Positions 41,831 to 54,939 of a stretch of 64,000 bases of DNA are shown piece by piece. The DNA is taken from positions 744,001-808,000 of the forward strand of contig OZ024753.1 of NCBI GenBank assembly GCA_964016885.1, written 5' to 3'. Position numbers and translations under genes: made by a program. Position 1 is the stretch's first letter; each line of letters begins with the position of its first letter. The DNA comes from Eledone cirrhosa. Its lineage: Eukaryota. The notes below the pieces were generated by a model. The model was not told the DNA's origin. It searched no databases and saw only the letters and a program-made list of their open reading frames with translations.

Positions 41831-42566
41831 TATGTTACAAATAACATCTTTATTATGAATTAATTAGTAATTTTAATATATCCCTCCCAAATATTTGTTA
41901 ATTAATTGAAATACAGTGTAGTTCATTAGAAATATGGTAAGGAAAGGGTTAATGATTTCATCATTGTCATCATCATCTTTTTATGTCCTCTTTTCATGGT
42001 GGCATGGGTTGGAAGGGTTAGAGAGGCTGGAGCAACTAAATCTGTTTTGCCCTTGTAGCAGTTGATAATGTTGCTACTATGTCAGTCTTTGGCTATGATA
42101 CCTTCTTAAACTACCTGATTAAATATGTTGTAGCCTATATCACTAATGTGAATGCTAAAGGGGGGTTAAACAACCCTACACTTTATCCTCCGACTTCTTT
42201 ACTCTCTCAATTTCTTTCTCTTTATCATACACACATTCTGACTCTCTCTCTCTCTTTCACACACATTCTGACTCTCTCTCTCTCTTTCACACACACTCCC
42301 TCACTCACTTTATTCCTCTCTTTCTCCCTCACACACACATGCACTCTCTCTCTCTCTCAAATACTCTCTCCCTCTTAAACACACACTCTCTCTTACATAC
42401 ACATACATTCTCTCTCTCTCTCTCCCTCTTAAACACACACTCTCTCTTACATACACACTTTCTCACTCCCCCTTTATCTCATGCCTCCCTCTTTTTCTGT
42501 CACTGTTTATTCCAGTATGAACTAAAGAAATAGACAGAGTTGTTTAGTTTTTATACATTAAAATAA

Positions 42567-42790
42567 CTCACCCACGTAGCAGTTGGACTTAGCTGGGTCT
42601 CACCCATGTAGCAGTTGGACTTAGCTGGGTCTCACCCATGTAGCAGTTGGACTTAGCTGGGTCTCACCCACGTAGCAGTTGGACTTAGCTGGGTCTCACC
42701 CACGTAGCAGTTGGACTTAGCTGGGTCTCACCCACGTAGCAGTTGGACTTAGCTGGGTCTCACCCTCGTAGCAGTTGGACTTAGCTGGGT
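42567..42790. repeat. Minisatellite, 7 x 32 bp (CTCACCCACGTAGCAGTTGGACTTAGCTGGGT)
   Basis: Direct tandem units with no spacers. Confidence 0.95.
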
Positions 42791-45700
42791 GGAGTGTGTA
42801 CATTAGGTGTATTCATAACAATGGGTAGGGTCATGAGTTGTTGATTTTAACCTTTCTATAACCATATTTCTAAACAAAGACACATCCTATCATTTTGAAA
42901 ATAATTAAGAATTTGAAGGTATTTAGTAATACAGTGAAATTCTGTTATATTATTACAAAATTCATGGGATATAAAAAAAATTTGTTGTAACAAAATTCTT
43001 TATAAGGAGATTAACCTAACATATCGAGCATGGGGCCGGAGATTGAAAAAAAATTTGTTATACTGAAAAATTTGTTATAATGGTATTTTAGATGTAAATA
43101 TAACTTTCTTATTATTAAGTCAATATTTAGAATATAATAAGGGGATTAAAATGACCAAGAAATGCCATTACGGGACAATGCATACATAAAATTACAATCG
43201 AAGGAGGTTTTTAGATACATGAAGTGGGGGGGGGGGGGCAAAAGTCACTTTCTATTAGAAAAAAATTCATAATTTTTTTTATTATTAAAATTTTTTTTTT
43301 TTTCTTTCAAATTAAAGTAGAATAAAAACAAGATCCAATTATGAAATTTAATTTAAAGATGAAAAAAATTAGTTTTGAGTTAATTTATAATGTTTTATTA
43401 ATAAAAATAGGTAAGAAGTGACTTTTGGACCACTCTCTATAAACATATTAACACTTTTGTTACCTTATTTCTAATGACAGATACTGCCTATGGTTTTCAA
43501 ATCATTTTGAAAATAATCAAGAATTATGAGCATTCCACAGACATGTATGCCCATAACATAATTCTCTGAGAGATTCTTCATGGCCATTTAAATTACAGCT
43601 ACAGTTTATTTTGTATCATAATGTAAGAGGCTGAGCATTCGACATATACATGCAGCCCTAATGTAAATCTCAAGGAGATACAGTACGACACAGTGGGTGA
43701 CATAGCTGGTGTTTTAAATTACACTTTAGCAATTAGTTATTTGGTTGTTTACTGGTATTTAATGTTGGTGGTATAAAGGATCCGAAATAGATGATATAGA
43801 TTTATAGGCTATGTGTTTATGTTTTTAGTCCATGTGGAAGGATAAAATCAGAAAGCACAGTGAGGAAATAAAGGTTTATTTTCTTCCGATACAATAATAC
43901 CAATACTAAAAGGGAAAAGCTGCTGGCATGCCGAATGATTAAGTTGAACAAAAACAAAGTGTGTGAAATATAGGCAGAATGTCGTTGCGCTCTTGCTAAG
44001 AGGGCCAAAGTTCCTTGTTAAGTGCTATATCTTGCTAGTATCGACCGGGAATGTAATTAGTGACTTCTTGTGTCCACGAAATGCAAGCCATAAATGATAG
44101 GTAGAAGTAAAAAAAGGGTGGAAGTCAACTTTTGGTATTCATATATCACCAAGCCTAAGGGCTGGCGAGGAACAAAGTATGACCAAATTATTCCGCAGCT
44201 ATGGAATAGTACCATTGCGTGCTACAACACAATGGTTATTAGCTGTAGAAATGAAACCAAAATAGTGAATATGAGCAAACATAGTCACCCGACTGGACTA
44301 GCCTCAAAACGTGGCAACTCATCTGACCCATGCAAATATGTAAAATACATATTAAAGGAAGATGGTGATGATTATGATGCCATCTGCTGGATTTCCAAAC
44401 AGTTTCTGTCAACCCAATTTCACTGACATGGCTTGGGTTACTTGCCCATGATGTAACACCCTCACATGGCTTGGGTTGCCCTGAGGTTATGGTCAATGAC
44501 ACTTTCCCATCATGTAACAGACTCACATGACATGAGGTGACCTGAGGCTCTTGTAAATAACACTTGCCCAATATACCACGTATCTGGGATCTTGTGATCC
44601 TTAACCATTCAACTCTGCTGTGTTCACTCTTTAATCTACATACTTTAATCACAATAATAATGAAGCTGCTTTGGAGAAATTTCCTGTCAGTATTCCTTGT
44701 TGTTGTTACATGTGAAATCCACATGACTGAATTGTTAAATTTCTCATTGCAATCATAAGATCCCAGATTCATCCCATTGTGGTTTGTTGTCGAAAGATTG
44801 GTCCTCATGGTGGATCCAATGTATTGTTTGAAAACCATTAATGTTGTTTATTTATATTGGTCAAATTTATTTATAATTCGACCTGAGTATAATACAACCC
44901 GTGTTCTTGAAGTTAAAATAGAGGCAGTAAATTGCATCCTTGTGTATAATACGATCCCAGAGAACAGCCATGTCTATGTAAATTATGTGTAAACTTGTAC
45001 CATGGGTGAAGAAGGCGAAGAAGAAGAAGAAGGTTTTAATTTAAATAGGTTGACTTTAAATTGTGTGGCTTTGTTTTATAAAAGCAGAGGTGGTTTAGGA
45101 CAGGTGGGTATTCATTTTCGTTTGTATTGCTTTGAATGTTGTATGTGTTACTTTAAGTTAGTTATTTTAGAACTAGAGTTCAGTGATTTGAAGGATAGGA
45201 AGTGTGAGTATGGTGTGGTGTGCGGTGGCCGGAAGCTGGGGAGTGCTCGACCGGAAGAGTGCTTGACCGGAAGGGTGCTTGGCAGGAAGGGTGCTCGACC
45301 GGAAGGGCCAGCAGATCGGTCTCTCTCTAGTGGTGATCAAACGGTGTGGACGCGAGTTTGGCAGCTCCCGGGTGTTAATGAGTTGGATGCACGTGGAAGA
45401 GGAGAAACCAGCCATGGGATTTAGCGACGCCTATGAAAAGCGGTAAGTGAAATAGCTTTTTCTAACCACAGGAAGTATTGTGCAGCCATGTATAAAGATA
45501 ATAGGTGTGAGGGTATGTCTGAATATGATATCTACATATAATGTTGTAATATGACTTTAAAAGTAAGATGGTAAAATAATAAGTGACAAATATTTGTAGT
45601 ACTCCATTCAAGGAAATTACAATTTTTGAAGTGTTAATTTTGAAAGTACATAGGCTTAGTAACCTGACAGTTTACTAGGTGAGCGTTGTAGCTGAATGGC

Positions 45701-48479
45701 AATGGTTCTAAAAGGCTTTTGAATAATTGTTATTAAGTATATAAGTTATAAACAGGTTATTTATCTTGCGTGGAAGAAAGACATTAAACGACGATGATGA
45801 TGATGATGATGAAATTTTCTGAAATATAAATTAAACCAGTTCTAAATAATTATTTCTACTTTTGGCACAAGGCCAGCAATTATCACAGTGTATTACTGGT
45901 ACTTTATTTTATCGACCCCGTAAGGATGAAAGGCAAAGTTAACCTCGGCGAGATTTGAATGCAATCCGTAAAGGGACGTAACTATGCTGCAAAGCATAGC
46001 GTCCGACCCTCTACCGATACTGCCAATCCACCGCCCTAACCAGTTCTAAATAATGAAATTTTAAACGCCTAAAGCAAACAAGATATATTTTATAGATTGA
46101 AAGCATTTTGATACTATTTTAGCTACCATACACTTTCTGTATGTTTAGTTAAAAGAATAGCTTGGCAAATACTTGTAAGGATATTGCAAATATAACTTAC
46201 CAATGGGATACTAAACAGAAGCTTACAAAGAAAACATCAGCTAAGACATTGAATATTGAGAGAAAACACATTTGAATAGATATAAGGAATACTTTATTTA
46301 AACCTCTATGAATGAATCAAATAAACAGATTACAATAGAATTCATAAAATGCTTTTTTAATCACACCCCATTCTCTAAAAAAAAATAAAAATAAATAAGG
46401 AATGACACATTGGATAATATAGTCCTAGATATATTATGTCTGAATAATGACAAGTCAGTCATAGCTGGAAGGTTTTTGATCATGTCAGCTCCAACTATGA
46501 TCAAAACTTTGATTAACCCTTTAGCATTCACATTACTCTATATTTACTATTGTATTTTCATGGTAAAGGCTTTACCTCACATAATATCGAATATATGAGA
46601 TTTTAATATTTATTTTCAGAACAATACATTAACATCTGGTTACGACCGGTTTGAATAGAAAGAGGTGAGAGAATTCTGGTTGGACATGGTTGGTTTAAAT
46701 GCTCTTAAATTCTATAAAATAAAAAAACCAGTAAAAATAAACAAACAACACTCCTAATGATGGGAGACTACAAAGGCCCACAAAATTATGGACTTAGGAA
46801 GCTTGTTGTCCCAGATGAACTACAGAGGCCTTATTAAAAATATGAGAAAGTTCTAATAAAGGAATTGAAACTTGAAAATAGTTGTGTCTTGAATAATGTA
46901 TAAAAGAAGGCTGCTCCACACATATACAAATACATCATCATCATCATCATCATAATCATCAACAACAGCAATAGTATTTAATGTTCATTTTCTCTGCTAT
47001 CAAAGGTTGGGCAGCTAATCACAGACAATACTTAGTTGGAGCTATTGACTTCTCAGATCAGCCAGGGACCCTATTTTGCATGCATATGTTCCTGCATCCT
47101 ACAACAAGTGTACTAGGCACATTTTATCGTGGCACGAGTACTAGAGAGGTAGTCATGTTTTGATACAATTAAAGAGCCCCTTTAACTTTTCATTTAGCAA
47201 ATTTTCTATAACTGGATGTCCTTCCCCAAATCAGCCATTTTACAGAATGTACTGGATGCATTTTATTATAGCACCAACACTAGAAAAATTGTTGTATCCT
47301 TGACACAACTAAAGAGTCCTCTCAGTCCTATGTTTCGCAAATTTTCTATAGCTGAATACTTTTCTTATCACCAACCACTTCATACACACACATATATATA
47401 TATATAACATTATTGTTTGGTCCAGAGCAGATTTGTATAGCACATAACACTAATTTTGTAACTGACTAACTAATTGTGTGCTCTGAATTAACAACTTGCA
47501 CTTCAGAAATGCAAGTTCCATAAAATCATTGAGTGAAAATTCAGCAGCTAGCACAAATTCAATGTGTCTAGTTTGTTATAATATATAAGTAGGCACCTCT
47601 TAACTCAATGAACACCCCACTGCCACACCCTACCCCACCCTCCCTCTCCCGTTCTGTCCACTGTGTCGATGACACAATAGGCCACACTGTAAGGTGGTCG
47701 TGTAGGTGACATGGTGAAAAGGCTCCCAGTCCACACTGTAAACGTGGTTGGTGTTAGGAAGGGCATCCAGCTGTAAAAAAAAACGGCCAGAGACGCTTCC
47801 GTGCGAGCGAGACATGGTCTCCCGACCATTCCCACATCAAATGGAACAAAACCATCTAATCCATGCTAGCGTGGAAGATGGATGTTAAATGAAGATGATG
47901 ATGATGGTGAAAGTCTTATTAGTTTCACGCTTTATATTGGAAAGAGGAAAGAAAGTTTGATGTGTCAGGAGTACAAAATAAAGACAGGATCACAATAGCG
48001 AAACAGAAAAAAGGTTCAGTAAAGACAACAAAAAAAAAAACTAAGTGTTCATGGTTTCAAGACCTGGAAAGCAAGAAATCAAGATATTACTCAAAACAGG
48101 TGTATAAGTGCCTTGACCCAATTACAGAAATCAATGCTCTATATAATATTTTTAGAGATTTCAGGTCTTAAAGATTATAACTGCACCAAGAAAATTTCAT
48201 TGGAATAAACATCTGCTCAAATGCAACACACGTGTTATTCTTTCTCTTTAGATATAAATTTTCTTTCAAAACCTTTGTGCTTATCTTAATAGAAGTCAAA
48301 GAATGAACATTATTTTGCCTGCAATGATTTATGCTTTATTCTTTTATATTTCTTTTATTGATTTCAGTCATTAGATTGTGGACATACTGGATACCATGTG
48401 CTTTATCATACTTACAAAACTAAATATTTTATCAATTTAGTAATTTTCTCAGACCCATGAGGACTAGGCATTTTTTAGA

Positions 48480-50360
48480 GGCAGCCTTTAATTACCTTCA
48501 TCACTAGATTGTGAAAATTTACTTGTTTACATCTCAGAAGCCATTTGCTTTCAACTTGGAAAATACCATAAAATATCCACTCATTAGGCTGTAGTAAACA
48601 TCCAGTGAAGCCTCTAACCCACACTGTAAAGTGGCTGTAAGGCCAAGAGAGCAATTAATGGATTCAAATGTGGTAAGACCTCTGGGGAGGATGAAAATCC
48701 ATAGATAGAGAAGATATGCTCTAACTGATTCAGTGGCCTGTATCTCTGGAAAGGCTCCAAAGCAGGCAATGGCAAATGATAATCCCAATTTCTAAAAAGG
48801 GAAACAAGAGGAGAGATTACTCTAATTATAGAGGAATCTCCTTGTTAAGCTTCTCAAGTAAAGTTTGGTGTCTGGCAAACAGATGTAGTTTATTGTTGAG
48901 TTGAAACTAGCTGACCAATGGATGTAACACAGCCGATCAAATGTTCAATCTGAGGCATGCGTACACTTATTTCATGAAAGGACATATGATTGTATACCAC
49001 AGGACTTGTGGAAGGTTCTACAGGAATATGGGATTAATGGACAGCTTCTTGTTGCCTTGAAGTCCCTGTACAACTGCCCTTGTATTTCTGTTTAGATAAA
49101 TAGTGCTAAGTCAAAACCATTCAATGTGGGTGTTGGATTCTCCTGTTCATAATCATCATGAATATAATGCAGAGCCGGTGTGGAGGTGGTCTCCAAATTG
49201 GTGAGTGTAGGATCACTTAGCTGATATTTGCAGAAAATATGGGGCTACTTAACTTATTTGGAAGGTGATCTCTGACATGCACTGGATAGTTTTGCTGCCA
49301 AGTGCTGCAAGGCAGGAGCAAAAGTCAGTGCTACAAAGACAGACATTTAACTTCTTGCACTCTATATGAAGGAGGAGTTACACTGAAGTCATCATCATCA
49401 TCATCGTTTTACGTCCGTTCTTCCATGCTAGCATGGGTTAGACGGGTTGTCCTGTTCTGAGCAGTGTCCGGTCAGCTGACCTTGTCTTGCTCATACGGGA
49501 ACTGATTCTGGCTGGATGCCGTTCCTTACACCAAACTCATTTATAGTGAGTGCTGGGTGGCTTCTTTTTTTTTTTTTTTTTTTTTCCGTGGCGCCTACAC
49601 GTCCACTTTACAGTGTGGGCTGGATGCTTTTTTGCCGTGGCACCTCCACAACCACTTTGCAGTGGAATGATATGGACCCCAGTCCTATCATCTCATTTCT
49701 ACAGCTGAGTAAACTGGAGCAATGTGAAATAAAGTGTCTTGCTCAAGGAAACAACAAATCACCCAGTCTGAGAATTGAACTCACAACCTTTCGATTGCAA
49801 GTCCAATGCTCTAACCACTAAGCCATGTGCCTGAAGTGTGTGTAGAACTTCAAGGATGGATGACAGGATGCTGATGAGCTTGGGCTTCATCACTCAGTCA
49901 TTAGAAGAGTGTTAGGTGTAAAAGTCAAACTCACTATTTTCAATTCAGTATTTGTGTCTACTCTTACTATTGGTCATGAATCTTGGGTAGTAGTTGAAAT
50001 AATGTGAATGTAAATACAATTGGATGAAACGGGGTTCTTTTGAAGGGTTTCTGGAGTAATGTTACTCATTAGAGTCGATAGCTAGATCAGGGAGTCATTC
50101 CAGATAGAGCTATTACTTCCCTATATAAAAAGATTACAGTTTTGGTACTATGAACACATGGTTAATAGGTTTATGGAAAGCATCGCAGGATAGATTTTAC
50201 GAGCAAAGCCAAACCACAGGAGACTCAAAGTAAATTACAAGCAAGATTGTTGGATAACATCAATAAGCTCATTTGGTCTCACTCGAGCATCCATTCATAA
50301 TTTGGAGATGGTTGATTTTGATAGGACCCTCAGGAAGTCATGTCTGAGGACTCTGCGAGG
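48480..50360 (+). mobile_element. Degenerate RTE family 2 copy with a nested SINE
   Basis: TCTAATTATAGAGGAATCTCCTTGTTAAGC (SNYRGISLLS); collinear with the reverse complement of 17000-18600. Confidence 0.8.
49390..49830 (-). mobile_element. Full-length CORE-type SINE with TSD
   Basis: TSD CTGAAGT at 49383-49389 and 49831-49837. Confidence 0.85.
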
Positions 50361-51154
50361 GCTGGACGCTATGCTTTGATGCATAGAGTTACGGCCCTTT
50401 CCTATTCTGAGTTCAAATCCCGCCGAGGTTAACTTTGCCTTTCATCCTTACAGGATCGATAAGATAAAGTACCAGTAATGTACTGGGTAATTGCTGGCCT
50501 TGTGCCAAAAGTAGAAACAATTATTATTCTTTTTCTTCTCCTCCCCCTCCTACTTCTTACATACTTGACCTTAAATCTATGCTTGTCATCTTGGTAGTTC
50601 TTCAACAAAATATTTCGCACATGGCTTAGTGGTTAGAGCATTGGCCTTGCAATCGAAAGGTTGTGAGTTCAATTCTCAGACCGGGTGATGTGTTGTTTCC
50701 TTGAGCAAGACACTTTATTTCACATTGCTCCAGTTTACTCAGCTGTAGAAATGAGATGATAGGGACTAGGGTCTATATCATTCCACTGTAAATGAGGTTG
50801 GTGTTAGGAAGGGCATCCAGCTGTAGAAATCAAGCCAGAATCAGCTCCCGTCCCACCCTTGCAAGCAGGGAAAAGCGGACGTAAAATGATGATGATTTAT
50901 TCGTTCTTAACCTCAACAGGATTAGTGTGCACAGAAAATATTTAAATATTTAACGGAGATTTGTGAATACAAATGTGAAATGTAATTAGATGAAAACTCC
51001 AGCATTTCCCAGAGATATAAGTAAAGAAGCCAAGACAAATTGAAACAATATCGTTCACATTTACATTTGTTTGTTTTTGGGCTGGCTAAGTGTTATCAAC
51101 ATTAGATTTTAACATTTTGTATATTGACAGGAAAATGTGAAAACAATTATTTTT

Positions 51155-51350
51155 TCCAACCTGTGACATTTGAGATGTCTGGTGGAGTTGGGCCGCTGGA
51201 AGCGAAGTTCTTGTCTTCACTGGTAGCTTGCCTTACTGAAGTGTCAGGTGATGCTCGTGAGAGTGCCTGGTTATTTCAGCACCTTAGCCTCGCCATCACC
51301 TGCAGTAATGCTGTGAGCATGTTAGCTTACCTGAAAGTGTGCAGTTAACC
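51155..51350 (+). mobile_element. CRE-like LINE C-terminus (second subfamily)
   Basis: PVTFEMSGGVGP...VSGDARESAWLFQHLSLAITCSNA. Confidence 0.75.
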
Positions 51351-51656
51351 CCCAAGGTGTAAGGTGGTGCCAATTATCACACTTGGGAGTGAAGTGACTC
51401 ACCCCCCTCCCCAACACACACCTTTGTTTTTTCTTTCCTTTATCATTTTTGTTCATGAATTTATATTATTGTGTTATTATACATGGTTTAGACACATTTG
51501 TCCTGAATGAATTTCGAGTAATTTATACTGTTTTTTTTACACATTTGTAATGTTATTTATGTGTATAATAATTTAGATTGATATATGATGATTTCAATCT
51601 CATTGCTTACAACGTATGTATATATATACTTTGGAAATTTATAATAAATTAGGATG

Positions 51657-52385
51657 AAGATTAAATAGTATTTGCTAAAAGATTAAATAGTATTTGCTAA
51701 AGGATTAAATAGTATTTGCTAAAACATTAAATAGTATTTGCTAAAAGATTAAATAGTATTTGCTAAAAGATTAAATAGCATTTGCTAAAAGATTAAATAG
51801 TATTTGCTAAAAGATTAAATAGTATTTGCTAAAAGATTAAATAGCATTTGCTAAAAGATTAAATAGTATTTGCTAAAAGATTAAATAGTATTTGCTAAAA
51901 GATTAAATAGTATTTGCTAAAAGATTAAATAGTATTTGCTAAAAGATTAAATAGTATTTGCTAAAACATTAAATAGTATTTGCTAAAACATTAAATAGTA
52001 TTTGCTAAAAGATTAAATAGTATTTGCTAAAAGATTAAATAGTATTTGCTAAAACATTAAATAGTATTTGCTAAAAGATTAAATAGTATTTGCTAAAAGA
52101 TTAAATAGTATTTGCTAAAACATTAAATAGTATTTCCTAAAAGATTAAATAGTATTTGCTAAAAGATTAAATAGCATTTGCTAAAAGATTAAATAGTATT
52201 TGCTAAAAGATTAAATAGTATTTGCTAAAAGATTAAATAGCATTTGCTAAAAGATTAAATAGCATTTGCTAAAAGATTAAATAGCATTTGCTAAAAGATT
52301 AAATAGTATTTGCTAAAAGATTAAATAGTATTTGCTAAAAGATTAAATAGTATTTGCTAAAACATTAAATAGTATTTGCTAAAAG
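51657..52385. repeat. Minisatellite, about 33 x 22 bp (TTAAATAGTATTTGCTAAAAGA)
   Basis: Near-perfect tandem array with a few recurrent variants. Confidence 0.95.
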
Positions 52386-53026
52386 AATGTTAACTTTAAT
52401 TTCCAATTGATTTTATATACAGGGTGACCATAAAAACACTGCTTGATTTCAAATACTTATAATATAAAAACTTAAATGAATATTCTTAACATTGGTGGCT
52501 ACAGTTGTATAAACAAAGGAACTAAACTCCTACTGTCACTACCTCTATTTTCCCCACTATTATGAGCAAATGGGGTCCCACACGTTAGCCACCCCACGGC
52601 CCAGACAGACAGAATAATTGTTTCTACTTTTGGCATAAGGCCAGCAATTATCCCAGTGTATTACTGGTACTTTATTTTATCGACCCCGCAAGGATGAAAA
52701 GCAAAGTTAACCTCGGCGGGATTTGAACTCAGACCATAAAGGGCCGTAACTCTTTGCTGCAAAGCATGGCGTCCGACCCTCTACCGATACTACCAATCCA
52801 CCAGACAGAATAATGATAGAGAGAGGGGGATGCTGAGTGAGAACTGAAGTAGTATTTCACTTTCTTTTTATAGATATGAGAGATGACCAAACAGTACCTC
52901 TGTGCTAACAGTAAATCATAGTTATGAGGGAGGACCAGACAATACCACTGTGCTAGAAATAACAGTTAATGATATATATGAGGGAGGACCAGGCAGTATC
53001 ACCAGCCTTTCACAGTCAATTTCTTC

Positions 53027-53104
<78 letters not shown>

Positions 53105-53385
53105 CACCTAACACCCATACTAAATTGTATTGTATCAACTTTGATGAAAGGATGACATTCAGCAGGATTTGAACTTTAAGTTCAGTGAACCAGAACAAGT
53201 AGAAAGAGGGAAATATTAGGTGTCACACTGAAATTCCTCAGCCCAACATTCTTTTCACAGGTTGTAAATTCCTTTAGGAGAGATGGAATAAAAATTTATA
53301 CTTTTGTTAAAATCATGTATTAACATTTGGTTTCCATTGAAAATATAAATTGCTTTTCACACTGGCATGGGCTGACAGGTTAAAA

Positions 53386-53792
53386 CAGAGGTTCTCAAAC
53401 TTTTGGGGTCACTGTCCCGCCCCCCTCTGACGGCCAGGTAATACCTTCAGTTACCCCTTCACAAACCCTATTTCCAGAGAAACCTACCTACATGCAAATA
53501 ATTGTTTCTACTTTAGGCACAAGGCCATCAATTACCCCAGTGCATTACTGGTACTTTATTTTATCGACCCCGTAAGGAGGAAAGGCAAAGTCAACCTCGG
53601 CGGGATTAATATATACTAAGTATAAATAAATATTATATATTTTTTATTTTACTATATTTATATATAGTATGTATTATTTGATATTTAATATACCATTAAA
53701 TCATCTCTACCCCCCCCCCCCTAGGCCCCAGTGCCCCCTGGACCTTTTCAATGCCCCCTAGAGGGTGGTAGCATCCACTTTGAGAACCTCTG
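53386..53792. mobile_element. hAT-type MITE with a nested SINE fragment
   Basis: TIRs CAGAGGTTCTCAAA / TTTGAGAACCTCTG. Confidence 0.7.
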
Positions 53793-53901
53793 GATTAGAG
53801 CACTGGGTTGGTACTTTCTTTATCGACTCTCAAAGGATGAATTGCAAAGTACAATGAAGAAATATATTATTAGTTTTACACTTGATATAGTAGGAAAAAA
53901 G

Positions 53902-53937
53902 TCTTAATGTTTCAGATGCTTGTCCTTCTTCAGAAGA
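53902..53937 (-). ncRNA. CpG-decayed minimal hammerhead ribozyme
   Basis: Reverse complement: TCTT-CTGAAGA-A-GGA(CAAGCA)TCT-GAAAC-ATT-AAGA. Restoring two CpG transitions gives TCC-GAAAC-GTT. Confidence 0.55.
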
Positions 53938-54329
53938 TAGAATGAGATATGAAAGAAGAAATAGAAAAATAGAGACTGGGTAATGGCAGAAACGGAAAAA
54001 ATTACTTTGAGAAAAAACAGGACTATTCACGTCGCTATCTCTTGGAACACTGTTGATGGTGGCATTGTTTCATACATTGATCTTGTTTAAAAAGGCAGTG
54101 ATCGAATACGTCTAGCTGAAAAGAAAAAAAAAAATTGTTTTATATATAGATCGCATACGTGTGCACGTGGGTGTACATGGCTGTGTGTGTATTTGTTATT
54201 CATCCGTATGAAGCTAAGAGGATATGTATATGTATATATAAGTTTAAGAGTATGTGTGTATTTGTAAGTATGAAGCCGTGAGGAGATGTGTGTGTGTGTT
54301 ATTATATACATATATCTTTTAATTTGAAT

Positions 54330-54360
<31 letters not shown>

Positions 54361-54440
54361 GAAATGGCTTCTACAGGACTAGAACTGTTTAATTCGGGAG
54401 AAATCATCAGGTTATCCCCGATTGAACCCGAGATAAACAT

Positions 54441-54496
<56 letters not shown>

Positions 54497-54690
54497 CTGT
54501 GAGGTTTGAAAGCCACTACAATATCCAGGTAACAAGTTCGAGAGGAGACAAATAATTCTGTATTATAAGGTGAATAAAATCAAGAAAAACGAGAAAAACC
54601 CGAGATGATGTTACCTTTCCATTTATTGTACCTCTATTTCAAACATTTCGTCTTTCATCAGTGTCATATCAAAGAAACTCTGGTCTAGAT

Positions 54691-54860
54691 CACAGGTTCT
54701 CAACCCATTTAGGCCAAACGCCCCCTTTTGTCCCTCAAAATCACGAAACGCCCCCCCCCCCCCCACACCCTATTTTTTCATTTTTCAATATACTACTGAT
54801 TTTTATATCAGTCGATTACTAAACAATTGATTAACAATATTCCAAAGATGTGAACCTTTG
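54691..54860. mobile_element. hAT (Charlie-like) MITE
   Basis: 8-bp TSD GTCTAGAT at 54683-54690 and 54861-54868; TIRs CACAGGTTCTCA / TGTGAACCTTTG. Confidence 0.75.
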
Positions 54861-54889
54861 GTCTAGATGATCGTTAGGCTGGTGTTATA

Positions 54890-54939
<50 letters not shown>

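Noticed and set aside
42567-42790. CRISPR-like 32-bp repeats
   Set aside because: No spacers, no cas genes, eukaryotic context.
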